A DNA stretch of 64,000 nt from Callorhinchus milii (taxonomy: Eukaryota): NCBI RefSeq assembly GCF_018977255.1, contig NW_024704744.1, positions 87,854,001 to 87,918,000 on the forward strand, read 5' to 3'. A model generated the notes under the pieces. The model did not search any database. It had not been told where the DNA came from and worked only from the letters and a program-made list of their open reading frames with translations. Both the position numbers and the translations under genes were made by a program. Below are positions 24,874-37,540 of this stretch, piece after piece. The first letter of the stretch is position 1, and each line of letters opens with the position of its first letter.

Positions 24874-26839
24874 GTGTTTTTAATAACAATAAATTACTTG
24901 TTTTTCTATCTATTTACATAAAAATATAAAATTTTATATAGTGTATTTGAATTACTCATATCAAACAATTTATAATTATGTTGGTGGCTGGTTTACCGAC
25001 TTCAGGCAAAAGGATATCTTGTCCCTTAGCTTCATAACTCTTTGGTTCTTTCAGTAAAAGTAATTTCTATGAATTGTTTGGATTGGTAGGTTAAGATTAA
25101 CATGTTCATGACCCTTTCCCAGATCAAAAAACTATTTTTCCTGCTTTTTTAAAAATCTTTCCTCTATTCTTCTCTTCATTCACTATTTGAATGCACAAGA
25201 CAACATGTTTCTATAATCGCTGATTTCATTTTCTTCCTTTTTTGTGGAGGCTGGAATAAGACAGATTGAAATAATTGATAGTTCGGAGTGGCCGCTGCTA
25301 AATAAATGCTACTTTTAAAAATCAGGAGATTTTGTTCAGAAAATTTATGATGAGGTTTGGAGACCAATTTAGTTGGTATAAGGCCATATGGTGCAGGATC
25401 ACATCTAAGTGAATAAATTATTCTTTAATAGCATCCTCACCATTTTATCAACATGATCTGACTTTAACAGCTTTTATTTATGCAAAGGGATCCCAGTCAG
25501 GATCCTGATCCCACACTGAATTGAAAGTGGTGGTTAATTAATTCATTTATGCAAGGAAATCTTGATTGGGAATCTGATCCCACTATAAACAGAAATGATT
25601 CCTTATACCTGAATCCAATCTCTGTAAAACCTTTATTTTTTAAAAAAACATGCAAGATTGTTGCATTGTATTGCATTGAGTACACTCTGTCAGCTTCACC
25701 CTTTCACCCCAGCACCTCCACATTAGATACCCTTAAATAATAATAATACCTTTACTTACATATCATTTTTTCACGTAAATTATTCCCAAGCACTTTACAA
25801 AATAGATTATAAATTATATATTATAAATTATGTTGCATAGACAAACGTGACAGCAAATCTGTGCCCGTTATGTGTTTTATTTCTGATAATTGGTTGCTCT
25901 GCTTTCTTAAAAAAAGGGGAAAATGTGATGTTATAATACCAGCTATAAAATTATAATATATAATCTTATCATATTGCCATAGTAGTAAGTGGTGTACTGT
26001 TCACTAGTTCTAACAAATTCTGTGTTCCCCACTTAGATGAGAAATCCCATTATAAGCACAGAACACAAAGTTTGCGTGCACTGATATACAGTGCATTATT
26101 TGATTTTATGCGCCTGTCAGCTCTTCATGCCATTTCATCTACATTACACCGGCTCTGATTCACCTCGTCTGCCTGTCACATATTGGTAAGAAAAGTAAAT
26201 GGAAAAACAAATCAATCGCTTTAAGTTTACAGCTCAACTTTCACAACACTGATTTCCCACGTGTATTTTCCCAAGAATGAATAACCGAAACCCAAATTAA
26301 AAGGTTGCGAGATGTATCTTTTTAATCTCAAAAAATGAAGGTTGTACAATTCATGCATTAAATTTTAACTGACATTCCTCACATATTAATCACTGCAGTA
26401 TTACAGTACATCACCGATGAGGTAGAAACTAGGTGTTGTTTCACCTTAGAGAAGATTTGCAGTAGAAGGCATGTATTGTGAAGGTATGTTAACCATTTTG
26501 TAAATATATACTTCATAATTTAATACGGTTTGTGGCCTTTACTACTTTCTGAGTAGTAACAAAATGCCATCAGTCCATTACATGTTATGCTTTTACTGTT
26601 GAGTAGAGTACAAAAGAAATGTGTATGCTCGTATCTAACTGTCAAACCCATCTCTATGTTATTATTAAGTGCTCCTACAAAGTGCGTGGATCTGTGTCCA
26701 ATAAAAAAGAGAGCACATTTCCAAAATTCTAATTTTTTAAATTGACTTTTCCTAAAACACATCTTGCAAGTTTCATTCAAGCATTATTGGTATTTTGACA
26801 ACAATACCAATCCACTAAGTCTCAAATTGAAGCGTTTTG

Positions 26840-27450
26840 TGGGTTTCAGCATTTTTGTTTGGACAGCTGCGGAAACAGATCACCGTGCTTAAGAGTATCC
26901 AAGCCAAATTGAATATTCCATGCATTACACCTATACGTGGAAATTCCCCAAGATATTTGTTGGAATGGAATGTGTTCTCCCACTCTGCAGGGACGCAACC
27001 TGCTTACCTAATTTTGGAGAGTATTAGGCACAGGTTGGCAAGAATCAAGGATTGAGGACACCAGAGTGTGTGTTAGGGTCCTACTGGAATCTAACCAGCT
27101 AAAACCACATATCTTGCCATTGAAAGCACTGTCTGTCAAGCTTTTCCACTTCTTATCCAGCTAAGATCATCATTCACTTTAGGACTTTAGCTTGCTGAGT
27201 TTAACAGGAGCTGAGTGGGAAGAATCCCTGCTCCCAATGACTGATCTACCCTTCCACATCATGCCGACGAGCCACGTTGACTGGATATCATCAGCAGTGT
27301 CCTGGAGTACTGCATTTCTGCCTGGCTTAGGAACCGAACTACCGAGACCAAGGGTTTGGTAGATTCTGGCATTCCATTGCCAAACATATCAGCTAAGCCA
27401 TTTCAACTCCAAGGGGTCCCCTGCTTATCTCCCCAACCACCCTCACCTAC
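26840..27450 (+). repeat. Family C repeat, copy 2
   Basis: Collinear with 60821-61558 over ~600 bp (GGTTGGCAAGAATCAAGG, TAACAGGAGCTGA, GGGAAGAATCCCTGCTCCCA). Confidence 0.85.
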
Positions 27451-29429
27451 TTTCCACTTCTGATTTAAAAAGCTATCTCCCAATGTGAGATTTCTGTGCA
27501 TGAATTCATATTTAATGTTTTAGCTTTGTGACTTGCAAACAAATTGGCTGAAGTTTTCAATCTGAACAATTTGTTCAGGTTGATAACGCATTACTTTGGA
27601 AGACGCAGATAAAATTCAGCCCAAAATGTTTCTTGTTTCAGTGGATGGTTTGATACATCCAAATAGGAGAGCAATTGTTTCAGAAAACAATGGGCTGTTT
27701 GATGACTAAAATAATTAGTTGGCATAGCCTTGCCCTGATTATATTACCCAGCACACTGCGTACACATTGCAGGACATCTTTATTTAGCAGTGTTGTGACA
27801 AAAAGATCAAAGCCACCCCTATAAATGCAGCCTGGCATGAAGAATATTGATTCAACACAGTGGATGGCTATCGTGACAAGCGGAGGGGAAGGAGTGGTTG
27901 GTGGAGAGTGGGCTTGCCCTGGCTGGTGACCCTCATAATTTCCAGTAGCAGGTGTAGGTGGCAATTATAGCTGCAGCCGCTATCCTGAACCTTCCATAGT
28001 AGGTGATGAATTGCAAATAGCTGGCACACAGTGCACAACAATAAACTCAAATAAATCTTCACCTGTAATAATGACAGCATAGGAAGACTGGCAGCTATAA
28101 CAAGGCTTCTGTTGTCACCCACTTTACCGTAGCCTTGATATTCATCATTATCAGCCAGGCCTTGCTCAGAAGATGGACAAGTAAACCCAAAGAAGGATGA
28201 TACGTTTGCTTTAAACCATCCAGCAGGTCCCATCTGGCAGCCAGCAAATGGGATTTTCGCCTGTTCACCCGGCCATAGCTGTCCATCATTTTCGGCAGGT
28301 ATCTGATCACATCTCAGTGTGGGACAATATGGCATCACACTGTACATTACGGCCTTGGCAACCAACATAATGCCAGCAGTAGTACAGTACATCAGTACAT
28401 GCTGTGATCCTATTTGAAAAAGGGAAATAATGTCATTGTCATGCACATAATAGTTAATGTATCTATGGTACATTTTAAGTAAAATGATTTATGAAATCTC
28501 TGGCAGCATAAAGTATTACAGGTACTTCAACCTTGTGCATATATAAAATGGTGCTTAGGCATTTGCTATTCTTTAAGTGTCTTCTGCATTTGCTGTAGAT
28601 ATTTTTCCTAGATTATTGTGCAGGCGGTGGAAATACACTTTAAATACTAGTAATTTTTCTAGGCCCTAACAATGTCCTATTGAAGAATTTCTTGATTCTG
28701 CTAAAATGGTTGTCAAATGAGTATTTCATCTCAGGGTTGCTTTGTACTGTGCTATGATTAAGCTTCATAATGTGCATAAGAAATGTGTTTAAAATGTAAT
28801 TTTTTTAAAGAAATTCTAAATAGGATATCACATTGTACTTTTGACTTGTAATTTCTTCACGCTTCTCATTACCGGCAAATGGCTGGATCCAGCTATTTTG
28901 TACAGATCATTGGTGAAGCCACACTTGTACTGTACAGTTTTGAGCACCGTACCTTCAAAATGACATTGATTTCTTTGGGAGAATTCAGAGAAGATCGTCA
29001 AGCATTGTTCAATCACTTAGATCTCATGCCATAAAGAGAGACTTGGAGGGCTAAACTTATTTTCATCAAGGAAAAGCACGTGGGGATTGGAGAAAGTAAA
29101 GTAGATGTAAGAGTAGAACCGGAGAATACTTTTTCAGCTCACACATTATGATGCTAAAAGCTCTAATATCCAGTAATAAAGCTATTTCAACATTAATATC
29201 TGTTAACCTTTAATGCTAAAATCATTTTGTTTTCTCCATATTGGCTTTTTCTTCTTCTATTCCCTCTCTCCCTCCCATTATCCTGAACAATTTCTTAAAC
29301 ACTTTTCTGTATATTCTAGTAATGCTTAGCTTTCAAATCTGTTTGCTTCTTTCTTCCAGCACCCACCATCCATATTGTAACCTGGAGGCACTTTTTTTAT
29401 TGCCTAAAAACAGACTTCCATTTTGTACA

Positions 29430-29540
29430 TTTTCTCACAAAATACACAGTCAATCCACTTTGCAGTATATTCTGTCAAGCGCTTTGAGAAGTCTGAATGA
29501 CGTGATAAGGCACTACATCAAATGCAAGGATTATTATTAT
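29430..29540 (+). mobile_element. SINE 3' fragment
   Basis: Standard SINE tail ending GCAAGGATTATTATTAT. Confidence 0.85.
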
Positions 29541-29619
29541 CCAATGAAAAGCACAGATTCCAATGATTGATGGGGTTAAATCATATTATCAGATCAATCC
29601 CAAAACAAAATGGCATCAG

Positions 29620-30003
29620 AAGCAGGAAATAAAACTGGAGATGGGAAAAAAATCTTCCCACTGAGTAATGGATATGTGAAACAGATTCCCAGTATAAGTA
29701 GTTAATACCATGTGGATGAACCACTTCAAAACCAGTTGGATAGATATCATCTGGTTAGCAATGTGTTTGAAGCCTATAGTATGATTATTAACTAACATGA
29801 TCAAATGATTCATGGAACATGATATGTTTTGGATCCAACCCCTCAGAATTCACAAGTGGAAATAGATATATTTTCTGGGAGTTTGTTTGATTATTTTTGA
29901 TAACTGGGGAGAAATTTTAAAGATTTGATAAGTGGAGTCTGTGAAGGTTTGGTCTGTGCAAGGAGTGAACTTGATAGACCAAATACCCTTTTCCTATTTT
30001 ATG
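29620..30003 (+). mobile_element. Decayed CR1 ORF2 end and 3' UTR
   Basis: GAGTAATGGATATGTGAAACAGATTCCC...TTCAAAACCAGTTGGATAG resembles the CR1 'RVV.MWNSLP...FK..LD' end; TTGATAGACCAAATACCCTTTTC resembles the CR1 3' terminus. Confidence 0.55.
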
Positions 30004-31203
30004 TTATTTTTCTTATAACATTGGATTTGTTTTAAAGATCACTACCCGCTACACCAATCTGCTTTTCCTTGATGAAAATAAGTTCAGCCCTCTATATCAG
30101 GTACTCCAGCCATCCCAGAGGTATTGGATATGCCGTAAGGATTGCCCTCCTCTAGAAAACTCATTTTCATTCATTTGAAACCCATGCTATTCATTGAAAT
30201 GTCTTTGAGTTGTCGATTATTTTGTACAGAGTAACGCATCAGTAATCCAACAAGGCTGGAGTATAACTACACGTGTTAACCTCTCACCTCTTTCAGTGTA
30301 ATTAGCTAAAATAACAATATATTGACTCTAGAATACACTAAGCAGCAAACATTCTAAATAAATTACATTAAAATACTATGAATTTGAAAATATACGATCC
30401 CCAAGGTAAGTATTTATGATTGAGCCTGCCAAATTACACATAAGGCTTCTCCCTGGCCACTGGCCAGAACTAGTGGCATACTATTTTTCAAGTGAATTTG
30501 TTTTCTCTCACCTTATTTTATTATAAATCTTGCATTCCCCTTAGCATTAGCTATGTAAGCAGATGCAGGTACACTTTGGCAAAGAACTCTTGATGGAATA
30601 ACATCTGACAAATTAAAAGTTACGGATATCATTGATCATCTGAGTCACTTTACCTCAAGATTGCGGTAGCCAGTGGAAAATGTATGTCAAGAAAGCTGTT
30701 TTCTCATGCTGAAATTTGGGCAATTTGTTTTCAGCCAGCCAGAGCAGTTTCCAGACTATTTTTGGAGCCCCTCTGTGGCCCAACCATACGTTCCAACATA
30801 ATTTATGGTCACACTGTAACATATGGACTTTTCATCATTGTCCAACTTGAAACCCTCTGTTGGAAGTAGCTGTAGTTATGTGCGTGTGTGGAGTGGGGTG
30901 GGGGATGCATCTTAAGTTTGAAAAAGCATGGTGTTTGTTTAGGTAATGCCTATTTAATTTTATGAGGAAAGGTAGTTTTCAAGGATAGTCGTGTGCATTG
31001 CTGAACAATAATTGCAATTCAGGTCAGGTCTCGCTTCATAAAAGTGGGGGTATGCTTGTTTGCTGGTTGTGTGTCCCAATGTTAAATCTGTTGTCGTCAT
31101 TCCTGTACATCACAGCTCTCACTGTAGCTATTACTATAAAACGCTCCCTAAGTACATAAAGGTTCTAATCGTTAAGATTTTTATTACCAGCCACACATAC
31201 AGA

Positions 31204-31367
31204 NNNNNNNNNNNNNNNNNNNNNNNNNNNNNNNNNNNNNNNNNNNNNNNNNNNNNNNNNNNNNNNNNNNNNNNNNNNNNNNNNNNNNNNNNNNNNNNNN
31301 NNNNNNNNNNNNNNNNNNNNNNNNNNNNNNNNNNNNNNNNNNNNNNNNNNNNNNNNNNNNNNNNNNN
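31204..31367. other. Assembly gap (164 N)
   Basis: Run of N; there is also a single N at 8305. Confidence 1.
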
Positions 31368-32124
31368 GGGGATTTTGCAGACCTGATTGGGAATGCAGAG
31401 ACAAAATTTATTTATTGAGCGTGAGCCTGAAAATTGTTTGTAGGACAAGGAAAACCAAAAGTTCAAGCTGTTATTGTACGGTGCCACATTGACAGTTATT
31501 TTTGAAACACCTCTCAGTCAAGCCAATGCGCAATGTACTAGAGAGTAAGCGAAATAGAAAAGGGAAGCATTTTTTTTTAAATGGGAAAATTGGACCAAAA
31601 TATCCTTTTGTTTCCTATCAAAAGGCTTTGTCAAACCAATGAAAGCCGAAGGATCACTCAGAGTAAAGTAATATAGTGTATAGTCTTCAAAGTTATTGAG
31701 CCGCTAACTTGGATTCATATCATTGCAATAATGGATAGCCATTTTAACCATTTAGTTTTGTGAAGTAAATTGAATTTGAAGAAAAGTAGTCATATGAATC
31801 AAACTATTAGATATCATATGATCATGCTTTTGTGATATGTTGTTTACAATTATAGTAAAATAATTACTGTGTTTATAATATTGCATTTATTCTCCAATGA
31901 GCATAAACTCATATTTGTTTCAAACATTTGTACATCACATGAGTTTAAAAAAAACTAAATAACGAAAGGTAAAATTGGATAGGCTTTGTACTCCAAAAAG
32001 GTTTAGAATATCTGTGGTAAATTTATTTATTAAAAAGATAATTTTGAGCATATTGATACTATAGTGGCATGACAAAAGGACTCATACTAAGGTACACACA
32101 AAGAGTTGGAAGCGTGAAGGGGGA

Positions 32125-33033
32125 AGGTGACTGAAAGCGCATTTGAAGGCAGAAGAAAGGATTAAGGCGGGCGGATTTAGGGAGAGTTCCAGAGTGTGAG
32201 GCTTAAGTGGCTCAAGGCTTGTTTATTTTGATGGAGTGAAGCAGGTGGGAAACTTGAAACGGGCCAACATGAAGTTGGAGAGGAGGGAGTGGCCAGGATA
32301 ATAAGCTCGCTGCAAAGCTATGGAGGAATTTGAAGGTAAAGATGAGGATCTTAAAATTGATCCTCTGGGGATGGGAACCAGTGAAGTCCATTGAGGGTAG
32401 GGGTGATGGACTCGGAAAGCCTAGTGAATGAAAGGATATGGGGCGTGTGGTTCTGCATGGAGTGGAGTTTGTGGGAGCTGTAGCTGGCAAACATGGCATT
32501 GCAAAAGTCAAGAAGTGACAGAAAACATGGTTTAGGGTTCCGCAGGCATTTGGAAAATGGTAGTAGTGGAGGCGCAATATGTTGCTCAGATGAAAGCAGA
32601 TGAAATCCCAGATAAAAGGTTTATTGGAGTGTTAAGGGTTATACAAAACACTGAGGTTCTGCACAGGTTCCGTGAGTTGGAGTGAGCAACAGGGGAGATC
32701 AATTCAGTCAGGACCTGAGGTGCGGAGGCACTGACTGGAGCTGAGTAGGATCACCTCAGTTTTCCTGATTATGAGATCATTGAGGACTTGATGTCTGACA
32801 GGCAATCTGTCAGAACAGCAGTGGTCCAGGAACTGAGTGAAGGCAGAAAAGGTAGAGATGGGTGTCATCCGTGTTCATATGGAAATAAACCCCCTGCTTA
32901 CAGATGATATCACCAAGGGGGAAGCGTATTGATGATGAAAAGGAATGGACCAAGGACAGAGCCCTGAGGAACATCTCAAAGTGACCAGGAGGGGCAGGAG
33001 GAGAAGCCATTAGATGAGACAAAGTGGAGTCTG
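32125..33033 (-). mobile_element. Decayed L2 ORF2 fragment
   Basis: Reverse complement is collinear with ~18085-19050 (SNGFSS, PQG-like region, FHMNTDDTHLYL, QRINFKILIFTFK). Confidence 0.85.
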
Positions 33034-33092
33034 CGCCTTGGGACATCCTCCCGACGTGAAAGCGCTCTATGAATGTAATTTTGTTGTTGTTG
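33034..33092 (+). mobile_element. L2 3' tail in opposite orientation to the adjoining fragment
   Basis: CGCCTTGGGACATCCTCCCGACGTGAAAGCGCTCTATGAATG...(TTG)n. Confidence 0.85.
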
Positions 33093-34061
33093 GTATGTTA
33101 TCCATTCTATTGAAGCCATATGCCTGCTATCCTCATAATGCAGCAGCAAGTCCACTCGCTCATGCTGTTGCAAGTATGCTGTTGAGCTTCAGAAAGATAA
33201 ATAAATCTTGTGTGTTTTCGGCCATCCGCTGCGTTTCTTGAAGCAAAGTGAGACAGAGGAGTATTTTACAAACAAGCATTTCCTCAGCAGCTTTTCTCTT
33301 TTAATGGATTAGTGCTTCTCCTCAGTTTCGCTTTACATAGAAAAATCCTGATGGATGGTCAAACACACAGAGAAACAGATTTGTTTTCTCCCTTTACTTG
33401 TGAACTGCACCAGCAGTGACATAGAAGCATATTCATGATGCTTCTCTCATGTGTTGCTGTTAATAGCTAGTCCTTTTTTTAAAAAAAGGGATCTATAGTA
33501 TTTGTTTTAAAAATTTCAAATGTCTGGCTGATACCATTATATTTGACTATAAAAGTTAGAGCCATAGGAACAGGATGAGGCTATTCAGAAAATTGAACAT
33601 GGTCCATAGCTACTTTATTATACTGTATTTGTGTCATCGTACAAAGTAATTTGGTGTTTTAGCTTCTGTAAGACTTCTTCCACATGAGGTATCCTCAGTA
33701 AAACGTGTAAAAAAAAGTTTTAATTGCAAAGCCATTAGTGATTTTTTTTACAGAAAGATGTTGAAAACGAATGCAACAAATGTCAGCTTGCATTCAGGTG
33801 ACCCATTCCAAAATGCATTTAGTGGAGCTGTTATGCTGTGAATGTTCCTTTGTTAATGTCCTAAAAAGATCGTCATGCATCAAAGGCATGGAGCTAACTG
33901 ACAGTTGGCAATGGTGCGAAAAAAGCTTTTAAAACTATATAAATGTCCACCATATTAGTAAAAAAGCCAGAAAGTGAGTTTGCAGCTATACTATAATATA
34001 AGACTTCTCCTGAGGATGCTCCACTTGTGCTTATTCTCTTTGACACAATGTCATCCAATTC

Positions 34062-34283
34062 TCCCAAGTCAGGACTTGAATTCATATCTTCTAAGATGAC
34101 ATTCCAATGCAGTGCTGGGGTGTGCTGCATTGTTGGAGGTACTTTTCTACGAATGAGACATTAAAAATGTGGTCCCATCTACCTGTTCAGGTTGATGTTA
34201 AAAATTCTATTGCACTATTTGAGAAGAGAAGGGTGTTTTCTTCCGGTGTCCTGATCAGCAATATAAATGCAAGTTGTTATTGT
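34062..34283 (+). mobile_element. DeuSINE (family B) internal part
   Basis: Aligns with ~23390-23615; ends in an L2-like TATAAATGCAAGTTG. Confidence 0.8.
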
Positions 34284-34530
34284 AGTGCCAGTTGGCTGTG
34301 GCTGCATCCTCACCAGACCCTTCCTGTTAGTGTCATTACTGAAGCAGAGCAGGAGATGGATCCCAAGGATCCTCGAAAGACGAAGATTTCTCATTAGCGT
34401 TATAACATTTTTTAAACTGTTTATTTTTCATTTTCCAAACACAATCTTAAAAATATTAAAACTAACCCTCAAAGTTGGGGAGAGAGACTCAATTCCAAGT
34501 TTAGAATCCTATTCAGCAACTACAGCCACA

Positions 34531-34772
34531 AATAATAATAATAATCTATTATTTGATATAATTTGATATAGCGCCTTATCACATTGTTGAGATGCCTCAA
34601 AGCGCTTTACAATATATACTGTAAAGTGGAGTGACTGGGGGAAACATGGCTGGCAATTGGGCATAGCAGTGTCCCACAAACAGTCGTGGGTTGAGTGACC
34701 AAATTATTATTTTATAATATATTATTTTATAATAATATAATCCTTGCATTTGATACAGTGCCTCATCACATC
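34531..34772 (-). mobile_element. Two tandem SINE 3' fragments
   Basis: 34531-34711 and 34729-34772 are both reverse complements of the SINE tail. Confidence 0.8.
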
Positions 34773-37540
34773 CAAATCATATATAAAAAAAATCTTATTG
34801 AAAGTAAATCAATATGGGTTCGGGGGAGCTGGGGCGAAGCACGCAACAACATATACAGCTACTTGAATAAGAAAAGCTCAATATTCAGGGATGGGAATAG
34901 GCTGCAAGTCAAAATCATACGCTTCCCAAACCTCTCACTGGTGTATTTGAACAAAACAGAGGAAACATATAGTTTTACTTCACTTGTCTCTACTTCCCCT
35001 TTCAATATCATATCTTCACACTGAAAGTTAGTGGATGCCCATTTGTGCATTAAATTAGGTTTCTTTCTGGCAAATTTTGAACAGGGTTGTTCAAAAGATT
35101 TTCTTTTGTTATTGGATTTAAAGATAGTCTTGCTTTATGTAATCAGAAATCATTCCAAATTGGATTATTTTCAGGAATGAACTTATTGATGTATTGCTTA
35201 CTGTAAAACAAATAAAATCACATCATAATATTAATTGACAGTTTACAAAATACTAATGTCGGACATCTCCATCATAAAAAATAATTTTTATGACTAGAAA
35301 AAATTAATAACCTTTATACCAGCTGTTTCCTCCCCATATTGATTTTCTCCAAACTGAACTCATGAACTCGACAATAAAAAATACTGTTTACTTTTCATTT
35401 GCACAGCAGTGTTTTGCAAGAACTTTTAATTGGTCTGTGCACAGAAAATACAGAAAAATCTGTGAAGAAAAAGCTTCAAATAGTAGTTGACTTGTGTTGT
35501 CACGCCATCTGTATCTTTGCAATAGAGTGCTTATGCTGGGCATGATAATGTATTTTATCACACTGGCATATCCGTGAACAATTTAATGGAAAGAAGAGGT
35601 AGGCTGAATCCAAATTTGATTTCTGGTGTGAAATGAGCTTCACTTGTCACACAGTGATGGTGATTTGGAGCTGTCGGGTCACTTTTGACACCTGAAAAGT
35701 TTTTCTTTCGTTTTCACAAGCTCTCTTTTAATGCTCAATCTTACCTATAGATTGGTTTATTTTCTGTTTTTATTTTCTGTTGCTCTGGAGAAAACCCCAG
35801 AGGACTGAATACAATTGTCTGAAAATGTAGGATTGTGCAGAATTCTTAAATTCAGTCCAGTTTCCAAATTAAGGTTGAATTGAAGTGAGCATGTTGTCAC
35901 AATGACTAAAGACTATGCTGAATTTGGGGCTTCAGACTTTGAAAACTTTTTTTTAAATGGCTTTCTCCTGTGCATTATTTATAGAGATTTCTTTAATTAT
36001 TCCAATGATTTAAAAAGTAAATAATTACACAAGGCTCAGTAATGACAAATATAATATCTAAGGAATACAACTTTTGAAACCTTATTGTGCCATATGAATG
36101 TGGTTTGTAAAAATCGAACACACGTCATACTCAAACTGTACACAATTTGTAGAACTGGTACTAGACGAGTAAATATCAGCTCCTATGATTGTCTGACCTG
36201 TTCCACAGTTAATTCTTTGTTTATACTGTGCTTTTCAGGTACATCTGCTGTGAAAAATGCAATATAACGAGTTGAGTAGCATGATCCCAATGTGAATCAG
36301 GCAGGAGCTGAGCTGTCGAAGATCACCTTGAGGGGGTTTATTACAAGTATCAGAGTTCTGCGCATGCATTGTTTTGCGCATGTGCAGACCTCTGCACAGC
36401 CCCCAGCTAATGTGATTAGCTGCACAAAATATAAATTGGACTTCCCGTTCCGCATCGCTCCACTGATGGAAGTGATATCTCTTCACTTCCAGAGGTATAA
36501 ACCAGGCATTAATAGTGGTTACACTGCAACAGCAGGCACCCAGCATAGTCCGGGTTGCAGCATGTTGATGAATTAACGCTGAGCCAAACAGTACCAGATA
36601 TGAATGAACTGTTTACCCAAACATAGCTGCGTATGTTTGTAATACTTTTGACAGCTATTACTATGAATGTTGCATAAACTGCCTAGAATAAGGTGCAGAA
36701 CTTTTAAAATTCAAGTTTTTTGACCTTTTGCTTTTAGAATAAGATTCAAGCTTCAATATTGTTCCAAAACAATCTTTACAATCTTCACAGAATTATGTTA
36801 AGATCATTAATCAGCGAGCTTTTTAAAATAAATATTCTATTTACAAAATTAAATGATTATAAAAAATTATGATATTTTAATTTGTGTCCATTTCACTTTG
36901 GTCTAATAAAATGTATGTGTTTATGACACCAGCTGAACTGGCTTGGAGGAGTAACTCAACCCAAAAATCAAATTACCATACACAGCAGAAGTGACACAAT
37001 TGATGAAGCACCCTGGGTTAAAGACTGCATCTACTCAAATTAATTCAGATTTTTTTTCTCTCTCTCCCTCTCTCAGTAGGGCTCAATAAGTATTCCCAGC
37101 CCATTTTCCCAGTTGATGTTATTAGGACTCACCATTTTAATTTTTTTTGAAAAAAGGATTTTAATAGTTTCATTCCTAGAAGCAGCTGCTGCTGTTGACT
37201 TCTTGAAAGGTTGAAAATCTGCTATAACTTAAAGTAATGTGCATTAAACAAGATGTAAAGAAGAAGTTTTAAGAATATTACTTCAATGATGCATAGGAGA
37301 GGACAAACTTATTATTTAACCTGTTTCTACCTTCCATTAAATTTTTGTTGATAGTGATTTATTTAATTGATTTAATACCGACACTCAATCTTTGTGACAT
37401 AACATACTGCAACTCATTTGCAATTTGCACAATTGCAGTTTGATCAGCACTCACTGTCTTCCTAGGACTAAGGACAGCAGCATGGTATAAGGTTGGTTGG
37501 TTGTCCATCAATGCTCATGTTGACAATGTAAGTGTTGCAC

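Larger units (their letters stand above)
29046..30092. repeat. 33-bp inverted repeat pair (29046-29078 / 30060-30092)
   Basis: GAGGGCTAAACTTATTTTCATCAAGGAAAAGCA versus TGCTTTTCCTTGATGAAAATAAGTTCAGCCCTC; 32 of 33 positions complementary. Confidence 0.9.

Noticed and set aside
28828-29033. Short open frames on both strands just before the long-range duplex
   Set aside because: Weak splice signals and no recognisable peptide; may be conserved non-coding sequence
31060-31487. ORFs spanning the N run
   Set aside because: Artefacts of the assembly gap
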